DNA of 52,784 nucleotides from Perkinsus olseni (Eukaryota): NCBI GenBank assembly GCA_013115125.1, contig JABANN010000212.1, positions 1 to 52,784 of the forward strand, read 5' to 3'. Shown piece by piece: positions 11,045 to 23,900 of this stretch (position 1 is its first letter; each line of letters starts with the position of its first letter). The notes under the pieces were generated by a model. It saw only the letters and a program-made list of their open reading frames with translations, ran no database searches and was not told where the DNA came from. The position numbers and the translations under genes were made by a program.

Positions 11045-11745
11045 TATGTCACTATTTGCTGCTTATCACATCCGTACGCTAGGGCGTCGGAACACCGCCA
11101 GTGTTGTTATCGAGGAGGATATCTTTTTTGTCGCCAATGTTGCGCTGCAGTTCGGGGACAGGGGCAACACAACAACGCAGCTCTACTGTAATAGTACTCC
11201 TAGTAACACGTCGTTAATAGCGATGATGACCCAACGTTCCTTTTTTTCTGAAGTAGTTCGTCGACTCGTAGCTGGCCAATTGCTGCTCGGGTGCGCTACT
11301 ATTGACGTAACTCAACTCTGAGCTAACCCAGTATGCCGCCTTAAATAGGGCTGAACCGGTAGTTGTTCTTGATGCTCTTTTGAGTGTTCGGTTGAATGAT
11401 CCCGGACAGCGATCCTCTCTGGCCTCATTCTATTGAAGGTTTCACGAATATGTCCTCGTAACGGATGCACCTGATGTGACTATCGACCCGTAGGCCTTGA
11501 ACATACCGAGCTGAAATCCACTGAGCTAGCAGTACTGGCAGCCGTCTCGAGTGGGAAAGAGGACCAGCGATCGTTCCAAAGAACTGTCCGACGTTTAAGG
11601 AGAAAAGTGGGAGGCTATGGGTGATGATAGTCCTTGACGAGAGCTGGTCCGGACTGCGATCGATTCGGAAAGTGTGACACCCTTGTTACCCACTAGGAGA
11701 TGAATATTGAACCAAGCGTGTTGCTGTTAGTTGTGAATACGACAG

Positions 11746-14322
11746 ATGGCAAATTCAGGGAGTCTTCCCTCTCGACAGAAGGTTTACGTCTATTACGGCT
11801 CGGCTAGCGGTCGAGCGGAGGAGGCTGCATTCGACCTGTGGCGAGAGCTAAAGGCCTGTAAGTACCACACGGTCCAAGTCAGCGGCCCTCAAGCGTTGGA
11901 CGCTGCCCCTTTCGAGGAAGTTTTCGATGGGAAGGAGAGGAAGACGGTAGTACTGTGAGGAGGGCCCCGAGTCGTTGTCACGGCCCATTGGTCAGGTGAT
12001 CTTTATAGTTTCGACTACCGGGCAGGGCGACTGTCCGGAGAACATGGCAATGTTTTGGAGGAAGCTGAAGGGGCTTGTGGCGCGAGGGGGCGTGGATGAT
12101 ACCAGACACAAGCCGGACTGTGCTGTCTTTGGCCTCGGTGATAGCAAGTAGTGTGGGGTAATGGATAGTGGAAGATAGGAAGGAAAATGAACTCGTTTGA
12201 GGTTTCCACTAGGGTTGACTCGGCCATTAGGGAACTCTCGAGAGGAAGGGCTCGCGGGAGGTGTTGCGAGGGGGATTACGCATCCCCGAGGGGCAGCCAG
12301 CTTAGCAAAAACGGCGCCCTCACCCAGCTTTGGCCAGCCGCCCTGAGCACTGATCCAACGGCGGTGACGGCCTGAATTGTTATCACATTATCCTAGGGGA
12401 CAAGAAGGGGACGATTGGTTATGAATGCCAGGCGAAGAAATGAGCCACTATAATCATCAAAACGACGACTAAGTCATGAGTTAGTGTACCTCGCAACGCT
12501 CGGTGCGTATAGGATGTGAGGAAGGTGTGGTATTACCATTCAATTATTTGCACACTCGCATTCTACCGTCTCGGCTGGAGACAAGGAGGGGCGGCGGCCC
12601 TCTCTCGAGTGCTGCTTACCGTAATGGATCGTCTCCGCAGGTACAAGTACTACAACGTGGTGTCCCGAAGGCTGTACGGCATGCTCAGGCATCTTGGCTG
12701 TAGTATGATACATCGCCTGGGATGCGGGGATGATCAGCACGACTTCGGCTACGAACAGGAATTCGACCCGTGGGTGGCTGAGCTATTGGGAGGTATCACC
12801 CTCCGCCCGGTCGTCTGACGGAACTCCTCCTCTCTCAGTCGACCCTACCAGGCCATCACGCAAGCGACAGCCTTTGGAGAAGACCCTGTATAAGGTGCGG
12901 TCGTGCAGCGAAAGTACTGTCGGGCAACAGGACGACCAGCGTCATAGTCGAGCTACTGTCTTGTGGCGGACGTGCCTCACCCCTTCCCGGGCGGAGAGGG
13001 AGGCGATCCATCTTATGCGGTTTTTCATGCCGGCTGGAGCTGGGTGGCACTACAAGCCAGGCGACGTCTGCAAGGTTTGGCCGGTAGTCGAGTCGGGAAT
13101 CGTGAAGGCCTTCGTGGAGGGCACTCTGGGCCGCCACTTGACTGACGCTGTGGTCGTGGAGCCCCGGTTCGCGTCGAGGGAGCTGGGCCGTCGGATGCCC
13201 TGCGGTCAAGCTATTCAGTTGGGGGAGCTTTTCTCGAAGTATCTTGACATCACTGCCATCCCCGGGAGGTATTTCTTCTCTGTCATGGGAGAGCTGGCAG
13301 ATGAAGCGTTGAGGAAATGCAAGGATAGCAAGATTTATGAGGAAATGGAACTTCTCCGTGATAAGCTGGTAGAATTCGGTTCACGTACTCCCGATGGGAA
13401 GAACAAGCGGTACGAGTACTGCGAAGCCGAGCAGATGTCCTACGCTGAGGTCCTTTGGGATTTCCGTCACGTCAGCGTCCCCTTGGAGAGGTTGTTGGAG
13501 CTCATCCCCCCGATAGCCCCTCGCAGCTACTCCCTGGCAAGCTGTCCGGATCTTCATGCCTTCTGGCGGGCGATGCCGATGGTTGGATCGAAGGCACCGG
13601 TAGAGGGGCTCGAGTTTGAACTGTGCGTTGGGAGGGTCACGCGGACTACTCCCCTGCAGAGGGTGAAGGCTGGGCTGGCGAGTACTTATTTGACGCAGCT
13701 TGGAAAAGAGGACTGTGTGAGGGTCGAACTTGCGCGGGGTCAGACCCTCGAGAATAGTGGCGTGGATGATCCACGGACTCCGCTGTTCCTCATGGCGGCT
13801 GGCACCGGTGTAGCACCCATCAGGGCCCTCGTCCAAAAGCGCCTCCTCGAAATCTGGGAGGCTCACGATCGGAATTCCTCCCTCGGTCGCATTGACGTCG
13901 TCCTCGGCCACCGGCACCCCGGGCAGGACTTCCTCTTCGCCGAGGAGTGGCGTGCAATCGTCGACGAAAACCCCGACCTCATCCGAGTGGTGGCAGCCTG
14001 GAGCCGACCAGACGAGCAGGAGGTGGTTGATCTCTCCAACTCCGACAGCACCGGAGGCTACTGCTTCACTGACCTCGGCAAGAACGCCCTGCCCGACCGT
14101 CTTGTAGGGAGGAAGACCTGGATCCAAGACGTATTGAAGTGGGCCCTGGACCCGGCCGCAGTGCTGAGTGAGCGTAGCTGGACGAAGCTGATCCTAGGAG
14201 GGAAGAGCCATCCCATGCCCATGCAAGTGTGGCAGACCCTCTGTGAGCTATCCCCGGGCGGTGAAGTGGAGCTGAACGGAGTGAAGAAGGAGGGCCGTTA
14301 CTTTACAGACACCTGGGCATGA
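11746..14322 (+). CDS. NDOR1: NADPH-dependent diflavin oxidoreductase 1 (NDOR1/Tah18), multi-exon
   Basis: Flavodoxin domain (YYGSASGRAEEAA, STTGQGDCPENM..FWRKL, AVFGLGDSK|YKYYN, GDDQHDFGYE), FAD domain (PRSYSLAS, GLASTYL), NAD domain (MAAGTGVAPIRA) and C-terminal GRYFTDTWA. Long intron at 12148-12640. Confidence 0.9.
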
Positions 14323-14465
14323 GCCACTTGTACATACTACGATCATCCTCATCATCATTGTTGCATTCGGTGTATTATTGCTGCAGTTCCTCCTCCTTAG
14401 TTTCTGACACCTCTAGCTGGTCTTTTGTTGTTACAGTCTCCCAGAGGACGGCAGTTTTTCTTACT

Positions 14466-14806
14466 ATGCCGTACGGCATCACGATCAAGCAGTTCGTAGT
14501 GAGTACGTCGATGGCCTTCAGCAGTCTCCTGATGGGTAGCACCTCCCAAGGCCCCTGCCCCTCCTACCCTCCTCTCAGGGTCGATAGTGGTCCACGCGAT
14601 CATGCAACCATCCCTGCAGCAACCAGACTTCACTGACGAGGTCGAAGCACGGCAGCGGGCCATCAGACGAGTAGGGGAATTTTTCCTATCCACTGTGGTC
14701 GTTGTGCGGCAAGCTGTGACGTCGGGTGCTGCAGGTACAAGAGGAAGAGCTACTACGGACTACAGGCAGCCCCTCGAGCCCTCCGCCGTCTTCCGCACAG
14801 AAATAG
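14466..14806 (+). CDS. BRAWNIN/UQCC6 (C12orf73, DUF4516)-like microprotein, 77 aa, three exons (14466-14535, 14579-14670, 14735-14806)
   Basis: Spliced product MPYGITIKQFVVSTSMAFSSLLMGSIVVHAIMQPSLQQPDFTDEVEARQRAIRRVQEEELLRTTGSPSSPPPSSAQK. Shows the MPxG start, G24, VVH27-29 and PxLxxP pattern of BRAWNIN. Confidence 0.7.
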
Positions 14807-14913
14807 ACCAGCACCATTGCTCCGTCGCAGCAGCCATGACGTTTCTGGACCACCAGGGTGTTGGTTTAGTGATGAGAGGCGATAAGGAGGTCTCAGTTGT
14901 TGTTGCGTCACCC

Positions 14914-16354
14914 ATGTCATCAGCGCAAGACGTGTTTTCGGAGGACCCCCATTACCCCTCAGCGGGCAGCTTCCCCACCACCCAGGGCTCGGCTGGGAGC
15001 AAGTACAGCAGGAAGGACTATTGGGACCTGGACCAGATCCTGCAGGTGGGCTGAGGGCGCCTGCTGCTCGCCATTGGTGATTGATCTCAGGATGAGCAGC
15101 TCATCGACACCCGACTTGTCGACACAGCGTACGGCCTTGGATGGATGAACAGTCAGGCTGCTGAGGTAGAGTCGTATCAGAGGAGAAGGGAAGACGAGGA
15201 CGCGGACGGGGACGGCGATGAAAATATGGTAACGTTACTGCATGGCGATGATATTGTGATGAGCGCCAGCTCCTAAGGCTCTTGGGCGTTGGCCACGACG
15301 GGCGCGGTTGGCAATGCATTCGGTCCAAAAATTGACGATGGTTGAGGGCGAGACTTCTGTCTCCCTTGTGTCAGAGTCAGGCCGAGAACAGACCAGTGGG
15401 TGGCCAGTCGGGCGACGAAGGGAGTGCCAACCACGTGAGGCGGCTTCGCTCCTTCGAGGGCCTCCTCGAGGATGCCCCTGCAGTTACCCGCTGACTGCAA
15501 GCTCTCTCTTCCGCTGTGGATCGCTGAGGGCCTCTACTTGCGCCGCTTCGTAGAGGTAGGTCCTGTCTCGTCTGTGAGGGGGTGACCGCCCCCGCCGTCA
15601 GATTGAGGAGGTGCCTTCGATATTCAACGCCAACATGCAGGGTCTGATGACACTCGAAGCAACGTAAGGCGGCCTCCTGGCTGTGCAGTCGATACTGTCC
15701 TTGTCGTTAGGGTCATGCGGCTGGATCAGAAGAGCTTTTATTACTTCGAGATTGGCATGAGACTTGCCGCTCTCCTCGGGGTAGGTGGCAGGTTGGTATG
15801 ATAGGGTCAGTCTCTTGCTCCTCTCCTCCTGCGAGGATGAACTATCGGGTAGGGCTTTTTTGTGGAGCGCAGGCGTCTTCATGTCACCAAGCGGTCACTC
15901 ATACTTCGCTCATGTCATCATCGCTCATCTCCTCTTCGTGATGTCATCGTCAGTTACACACCCTCATGGAGAGGCTACTGAAGGGGATGTTCGAGCGATC
16001 CAGGAATATTTTCGACGTAGCCCAGACCCAGATCGTCGGTGCTGATCAAGAGAAGAGGATGCAGGTGGGTCGCTGTTCCCACCGGGATAGCCCCTCCCAC
16101 CCCTCCTTAGGTGCTCATGGACTTCATGACGAGGAGCGAGCGAGAAAGTAGTCCGCCCTCCATTAGCGTCATCATCAGCCTAGTATCTCCCTCCTTCAGT
16201 CTTCCAGCAAGGCGTGATGGTTGCCGGTGAATACGATCTGTTCCGTAGCGGGTAGGTTGAGTGCTCCTGTCTCCCCTCACCCGACCACCTCCACTGTAGG
16301 CAGCTCTCGAGAGTGCGCCAGTCGGCCGTCCACATCGCCCCCCGGCGAGACTAG
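14914..16354 (+). CDS. GINS3: GINS complex subunit Psf3 (GINS3), multi-exon
   Basis: DYWDLDQILQ|DEQLI, KLSLPLWIAEGL, MRLDQKSFYYFEIGMRL and LLKGMFERSRNIFD are Psf3-type motifs, separated by short GT-AG introns. Confidence 0.8.
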
Positions 16355-16445
16355 GCATGTCAGATTCCACTGTATAACGTCAGTGTTGTGTTCACGTCGT
16401 CAATCCTCGCCTCTTGCCGCCAAAGACTTTGCACGCTTATTCTTC

Positions 16446-19400
16446 ATGTCACTATTCCGGGCGAAGGAGTGGTGGTCCTGGCGTGTCACCACCAATGATG
16501 GTAAGACTACATTTCATTTTTCTGGGCCGACTACCGGTTCGGATTAGGGACGCCAGACGAGGTGGATGGTACAGCCGGCGCTGTAGCGGTTGCCAATATC
16601 GACAACGACCCTGCAGGGAAGGTGAGCCTGCCGCTGTCACGCGCCACGAAATTACGCTACTGGCCAGATGAAGGTGGTAGTCGGCAGCCTGTCGGGGATC
16701 CTTCGTATCTTCCTACCGAAGGGTGGGCCCAGCGGCGGCAGTACTGTCGAGGACCTCATCGTCGAGAGGAACCTCCAGTGGCCGATACTACAGCTACTCC
16801 CGGGCAGGTCATCACCGACATCATCGCCTGCAGCGGCGGCGATGATGAGTATCTTAGGTTCATCAGTGGAAGTAGCGAGCTCTTCCTCGCTGTCCTTCAT
16901 CCTTATTCCCTTGCAGTGTAGTCTCTTGTCTACCACTCCTTCCCTACATCACCCTCCACAGGTACGCTGTCTCAGCTGTGAAGTCAGGAGGGGTGGCGGC
17001 CTACTACGACATCCAGCAGGTTGTCCGTCTTCGGGGCCCTCCTGAAGGACCCTCCCTCTCTTCAGGTCGCCGCGCATAAGTTCGCCAGGCCGGCGTATAA
17101 CATGACCAGCGGTGCCTTCGGCGGGGATCGAACCTCTGCAGGGTCTGAGGCTATTTGTGTAGCCAGTTCAGCAAAGAGGCATCCCTGCTAGCCTGCTGCG
17201 AAGACCTCAGGTTCAATCTCTGGACGGAGTACTGCAGTTCTACCTCAACGGAAGCTTTGCCTTCCACCGGCTTCTCCCTCAGTCCTCCTTCATCATACCA
17301 GGGCCCCTACTGTATGCTGCCCCCTGCTTCGCTCCGCTAACAATTTTTTAGGTACCTGTCGGCCTCAGACCGGCTCATCACTGCGAACTCTGAGATGGTC
17401 TTGGAGTGCTATCGGTAAGGCTGTGAGCGCCGCCCCTTGCCTGCCGTCGTCGCCACCGTCCAGGTACTCCGCCCTGGCCTCGGCCGGTGATAACGTGGAT
17501 GTCGATCCCACACTGGTAGGGTGCCCTCCTCCTCCCATCCGGGTCGGGTTGCTCGAGTTCTTCTTACAACTAATGACGCTGCTCGCGACCAACAGAGGCT
17601 CACTATGGTGTGGTAGTGGAAGTAGATAATGAAGATCCTATCCGATACACAGTCTGTCCCACCAAAAACTTGAACTTCTCAGTCTTGCTACAAATCTGTT
17701 ACTTTTCAAACCAACCACAGTCGAATAGGGTAGGCCATACAGGGTGTTATCGTCAGATGACCGGCAAGAGGCTGACGGCAGATTGGAAGGCCAAGCTGGG
17801 GGACCACATCACTTGGCTTGGCGCGGCACGGTCGCCAGCGGTCACGATGGAGGAGGCACTCCCAGGCATATCTTAGGTTCACCCAAGGAGCAAACGAGGA
17901 TGTTGTAGCCCTCGGAGACCAAACCCTCTTCGTGGTGGATGATAAGGTTGTCTTCCTCGACTACAGAACAGCATCCGACCACCCCCTCAGGGCCGAGTAA
18001 AGTCACAGCGACGGTTAGAGTACCCCTGCACCTGCGCTTTCGTCTGCCCCCTCCTCCAAGTCACTGGTGAGAGGCCCCCTCCCGAAGGCGATGATTTTCT
18101 GTTCAGTAGGCGAGGGTGATGGCGTCCATCAGCTCCTCATCGGCACCCAGACGGGCCACATACTAGTGCTGAGGTCGGGGCATCTGTTGGTCTCGGTCGG
18201 AGCCATGGCCCTGTAGGGAGCGGGCCCTGGTCTGGTGCTGCTTGGTCGGCCCCTCCCCCATCACAGCCATCACTGTGGCGGAGTTTGGCGACACCATGGG
18301 GATGATATGTAACCCCATTGAGGGAGCCCTCCCGTCCCTCATCCCCCTCAGGTTCCCTGGACGATGCTGGGCTCCTTCGAGTGAGCCACCACCGACCTCG
18401 CCCTCAGTTTACACTACTGGCCAGGTGTCCTACCTTGCCACAGACCCACCCGTGGCGTCCACCATGATCAACACCGATTCACGCGACTGCGACTACGATC
18501 AGATGGTGGGGACCTCGCGTCAGCCGGTGGTCCTCCGAGCTGCCCCTCAGGAAGCTGAGCATAGACAGCTCCTTGACGCCATCAGGCGACACCATCAGGA
18601 GAAGGAGGAGGCGGGGCAGCCTGCTGAAGAGCAACTCCCTCCGAGAGAGGTTCATGTGAAAGTTCACGTACCATCAACGATCGACCCGCCCACCAGTGTT
18701 GATGAGTTGGCCTTCCAACCCGAACAGGACGACCTACAAGGCCTCTTCATGGTAGGAGGCGGCCTGCCTTACCGTGTTGTGTAGTGGACGTCCTCAGCAG
18801 CACGACGGCCTCCCACAGCAGATCACAGTAGAATTCGAGATCACCAACACAGACGTTAGAGGTGCCCGCAGGCCGGCTGTTGATGGTCCTTGACGGCGGT
18901 GGTCAGGGCGAGCGGCGCGAGGGCTCACGCTGTCCGTGCAGCCCCTCTCCGACGCAATCACGACGTTGATGCCGAAGATCATGAGCCTTCCCGATGTGAG
19001 GCCGATGATCCCCGACCGCGTTCACCCCCGATCAGGTCCAACCAGGAGGACCCCCCACTCGAGCCTCGCTGACTTTTTACATCAGCACCCACATCCTTTG
19101 CAGCTGTCGGGACGTCGAACTAGTCCTCACCTACACCCTAGGAGGTGGGGCGGGCACCAAGTCTGCCATCTCCTCGCTTCAACCTTAGATACTCTTCGAT
19201 GTAGCACCAGCAGCTTCGAGCTGCCACTGTGCTTCATGGCCAATCCGATACCCCCGACCAACGAGGCCAAGTACCCCTCGACCTGTCCTCAGTCCCTCCG
19301 CACACCCCCTGATCAGCTTCAAGGTCGCCATCGGGGCCACCGCCATTCCTCCTACCCTGGGTTCGATCTTCCAGGACTTCCTCCAGGGGGCATCGGTACG

Positions 19401-20614
19401 GCCACCTTCACTTCGCCCATCAGGACCCCCCTCAGGCTGCGGGCTCTCACACCGCGCCAGAGGGAAGTGTCCGTAACATTCTCTCCTTGCGACTGGCATG
19501 CGGGAAGGATGTCACCATTCTACAGTCGAAAACCAGCGGCAGATTTTGCGTCCAATCGACGGAGTTCGGTCCTCTGTGGGTTGGCCTGGCTGAGCTAGAG
19601 AGACGCTGCAAGGACTACTTCGTCGAGGGCGACTTCCAGCTCACCTATCTGGTGGGCACCATAACTTTATGCTACTTTCACGACCGCAATGCATCAGGAT
19701 TCCCTACCGTTACAGGACTACTTTGCCCTCGTGGATGATCATTTTTCCATCCGCCATCACCTCCAGGTTGGCACTCGTCCGGTCGGGGGCAGCCAGGTGC
19801 CTTCCCTGTAGGGCCTCCGATTGGAAGTTGGTAAGAAGTCCCTTCAGTACAGAGACAACCAAAAGCAGCTCCTGACGAGGTTGAGAGACAAACAACCGAC
19901 AGATCTCAATGGGATGGATGAATTACTAGAAGTCTAAGATGCCGCACCCAGGGATCGAACCTGCGACCTCCAGCCAGGTCACATACGGTGGCCTTATTGA
20001 AGTCCTCGATGAGATTGAGGATGCCCGAGCTGCACTGCGTGTCCTGAGTGGCGACCTGGCCGCCGCTACCGAGCTGATGATCGGCCTTATGAAGTGGAGG
20101 TCCGCTGAGGGCCGGTGTGCTCTCCCCTCCGGTCGAGGTTGAGCAGGTTCGATATGGGAGAGGAAGATACCCAACATCTCCGCCAAGTCCTGTCGTCCAC
20201 AGCTTTGCGACCGGCCTCCGATTCCCCGACCACGGACTTCGATCTGTCCAACGAGGTGCCGTCCACCGGAGGGACCTATTCCGAGTTGTCCCACCTTAGA
20301 CCGAAGATACGCATCTGATGAGCCCCACTCAGGGCTGGCACGAGAGGACGGAATGTGCCGTCGGGCAGGTGGATGTCTCCCATTCTTTTCATGCCCAGTA
20401 CGACCGTCCGTGGCAGTTACTGAAGATGGCAACCTTCACCAAGTCGGGACGCGATGAGGCCTTCACAACAGGGCAGTGCCGCATCCCCGAGGACACGAGT
20501 GGGCATCAGCCGAGGAATGGGAGTGGAGGCTGCAAGTCAGGTCGTCTCAAGAAGCTCATCACCCGACTCATCGACCGCTTGGCCCACGGCGCCCGCCCTA
20601 CTCGAAGGGAATGA
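16446..20614 (+). CDS. BBS9: BBSome subunit BBS9 (PTHB1), multi-exon
   Basis: N-terminus MSLFRAKEWWS; VANIDND...KVVVGSLSGILRIF; AYNMTSGAFGG..IC|VQSLDG; LPGPYC; TILQSKTSGRF; C-terminal RLKKLITRLIDRL. Confidence 0.92.
19940..19973 (-). other. Isolated tRNA 3' half (Phe-like), antisense within BBS9 intron 19932-19977
   Basis: The - strand reads CTGG AGGTC GCAGG TTCGATC CCTGG GTGCGGC A: variable loop, T-arm (4/5 pairs), acceptor 3' strand and discriminator at canonical spacing. Confidence 0.75.
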
Positions 20615-20945
20615 CGTTAACATGATGGCCTTGTTGTCATGGTTTCCCTCGGCCCTTGTCTTGGGTTGCATCCCCGCCGCCCGGCAGTCGCTGCAGGCCT
20701 CAGCCTGATGGACTACACAGATGATCGGATAGGGCACTTCTCAGTGGGGGACCTCGGCTTCCTCGACCCTTCAGTACCCCACACCAACGACATGATATCT
20801 TGGATAAAACACGTAGCCGCTATCACAACGACCACTGGTCATGATTATCGCTAGTTACGGTATGAGAACCCGGCAGGAGGGGACATAAACTTCCATAAGT
20901 CAGTCCCAATAGTGATCCCTTCAAGGGGGTGCCATCAGGTACCAC

Positions 20946-23900
20946 CTATGTTGGGGCCAACCATGCGTTAACGATCCTAGCGCAGCTGCAAGCCTCGATA
21001 TGGAGTGGATGCGACGAGGTCCTCCGCTTCGCTCCGCTAATAGTTTCGAGGAATTTTTTCTTTAGGTGTGCCAATTGGACCGCCATTCCGTCCAACGCCA
21101 GAGGCCCCACGAGCCCCCGAGATGCCCTCGATCGGACCATACGAGCAAATCATCGGGAAGCCGTTACAGGAGTGAAGCCTCCCCGCCTAGGGGAACGCCA
21201 CAGACCTACTCAGATACACCGTCCACCCGTACGATATAAACAGCCACAAACTGGGAGGGCCGATGTGCCTCTCGAAGGGCCTCGTCGTTGGGGGACCTCC
21301 AACGCAGCAGGCGGAGACTTCAGCGGACGTGTTGCGAATGTTCGTGTTCATGAGCGAAGCATGGCGTAGTGGGAGGAGCCGTTCTCTGCTTTGAGGATAT
21401 TTTCGTTCCGTTATCACATAGTGGGGGACTCCAACCAAACAACAGTGAGGGAACAGGTCACTTAGAAAGTATATCCCGATAAATCTGATCACCGACAACA
21501 AAGGCCTCTTCGTACTTCTCCTCGTAGACATCCATGGCCTCTAATATTTCCTGAATTATTGGACAGTCGTAGACGCGCGATAGGCGACAGCCGAACCTCA
21601 TCAACCTGCTTCACTTCATCTTCCGTCGCCCCATCTGCACCAAGACCCCTTTTACACAGCAGATATTCACGTTGAGCAATCAGCTTGAGAATTGGTAGTC
21701 GGTCTATCAGCCTCTTGGCCTGAAGCGCTGAGGAAATGTCACAAGCACGAGGTGGTCGCCAACCACTGGTTGGACACACTTCATTGTTGTAAACGTCGGC
21801 CACGTCTTTGCCTTCAAGTAGGGCGTCCTCAATGGCGCCAACGATCTGAGACGGTCTCGGGCGATAACGAAGTGTCTCCACCAGCAAGGCTCACCCGGAG
21901 GAGGTCGTCTCTCGAAGGCGCGCATGCTTCCGAACTCCACAATTCGTGTGTGCCTTGCATTGCCTTCTTGAGCTTAGCCATATCTTGAGGTGTAGACCGA
22001 GTGTTTTGTTTCGGAATACCCTGAAAGAGGTCATCCGTCAGCGCCTCGCTGTTCTCTCCACGAGAATACAACGGATGACGGCACCGGTCGTCCCACTCAC
22101 GCATTCTCTGACGATAGCGGGCATTGGTGCGGCGGCGCTGAGCCTCAAGTGGCGTATCTACAAGCGCAAACCCTTGCATTCGCAAGTTCGAACGTCCCCG
22201 ACTTGTTCGAGCAGCTCCCTCCGTTCGTCGTCCCAGGCCTCGTTAGCTCCAGCCGACTTATCTACTTGGGACTCACAAAAGCGGGTGAATCTGCGGGACA
22301 ATGTTAATGCCGGTCTCCCCGTCGATGTACACTAATAAACTTGCCTGCACTCCAGATCTTCAACCGCTTCGCTCAGTTTCACTTCAACGGATTCGGCAAG
22401 TTCCGCGACGAACTGCATGGTGTTCTACAGCATTGTCAGGGATGTGAGTAGGAGTCCCGACATTCTTTATCCTTTCTTGAGTTTCTCCACGCGCATCCAA
22501 CAACTTCGCTTGTATCTCATCGCGTTCGGACATAACATCTGTAAGTTGCTCTTGTAGCAGGCAAACCTCAGAGGACTGAGTGCAGAAGCGGCGTGACTGC
22601 TTCGCTCTAAGGTGTTGCACGGAGATTTCGTTCAAGCTGTGCTGAGCTACGCGGAGGTGGTGCACATCCCGCGAGTTGAAAAGCGAAGGTAGCGCCCACG
22701 AAAATGGCCTGCAGCTCGTTTGCGGTTGTTCCCATCTCCAACTTGTGGTTCGACTCTATCTCTTGCCGTAACACCTGACATATATCGTGCGAAGTATAAC
22801 TGCAACCGCCGGCAGAAATACGATAGATTTTCAGCCCAGATAGCTCAGTTGGGAGAGCGCCAGACTGAAGATCTGGAGGTCCTCAGTTCGATCCTGGGTC
22901 TGGGCATTTTGCTTTCCATCTATCCATCTGATCTGACTTCAGAATGTTCACCTATTTTCTCAAAAAGGTAAGTATTTATGTGAGCACGGACGCTAATCGA
23001 TCGCAAGAACGGTGACGCACGCCCGTCGAGAGGCGTCACAGGCTCGTCGACGAGCCACTTCTCACCGAGATCTGCTCCTTATAGGTCTCTTCCAACCGTT
23101 TCGCGATTGTGTTTACCGCTGTATCGATCTTCCGATTCGAGGCATTCGCCTCCTCAAGCGATGCACCTTGAATTGACTTGGTGGACCGCTCCACCCAGCG
23201 AGCGGATTCATGTAAAGCCGCCGTGGGAGATTCCTCACTGACCGATATCCTTGACGAGTTGAAGCAGTTGAGCTTTATGCGCGTCTACAGCATCAAAATC
23301 CCGAATTCTCTCGAGGTGCTGTTGTAACAGAGCTCGCTCTGCACAAGTCCTCGACGCCTCAACCAGCTCCACCTGCGAAGTCATTGAGCACGTCGTCTGT
23401 CTTATCAATGCGAGCGCGTCGACGGCAGGCTGATCCAAGCCTACCTCCTTTTTGATGCGTGTATCCACTTCAGAAGACAGGTACTCGATAGTCTCTGCGA
23501 ACCTGCTTCTCTCTAAGCGCTGAACTTCAAGGCACTCCGCTAATGCCATGGCAAGCTCCTCCTTAACCTGAGACGAGACATTCTGACCGGTTGTGTGTGT
23601 GCCGATCGCTGAGCAAGAAATGTTGCTCAGGAGTGGTTTTTCCAATCCCAACGTTTTCCTGTAAGATTTCACGATGCACTGCGACAAAACATCGCAGAAT
23701 ACGTTTGTTGACAGATAGGCGGACTGAGGCACCTCAAGCGTTCCTCCGGATCGATCACTGCCTGGGCCCAGTGAGCGAATGTTATCGTTAAAAGCATCCT
23801 GCATGCTCTGTAGGACCCTCTCCAGTGATCTGATGAACGGAGCAGCCATATAATAGTCATCACCGTCAGCATTATGTCATGGAGCGCCAACATTCAAGCT

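Noticed and set aside
17113-17138. Antisense B-box/tRNA-3'-like string (GGTTCGATCCCCGCCGAAGGCA)
   Set aside because: It lies in conserved BBS9 coding sequence (SGAFGGDRT) and its T-stem does not pair. It shows that short B-box matches can arise by chance.
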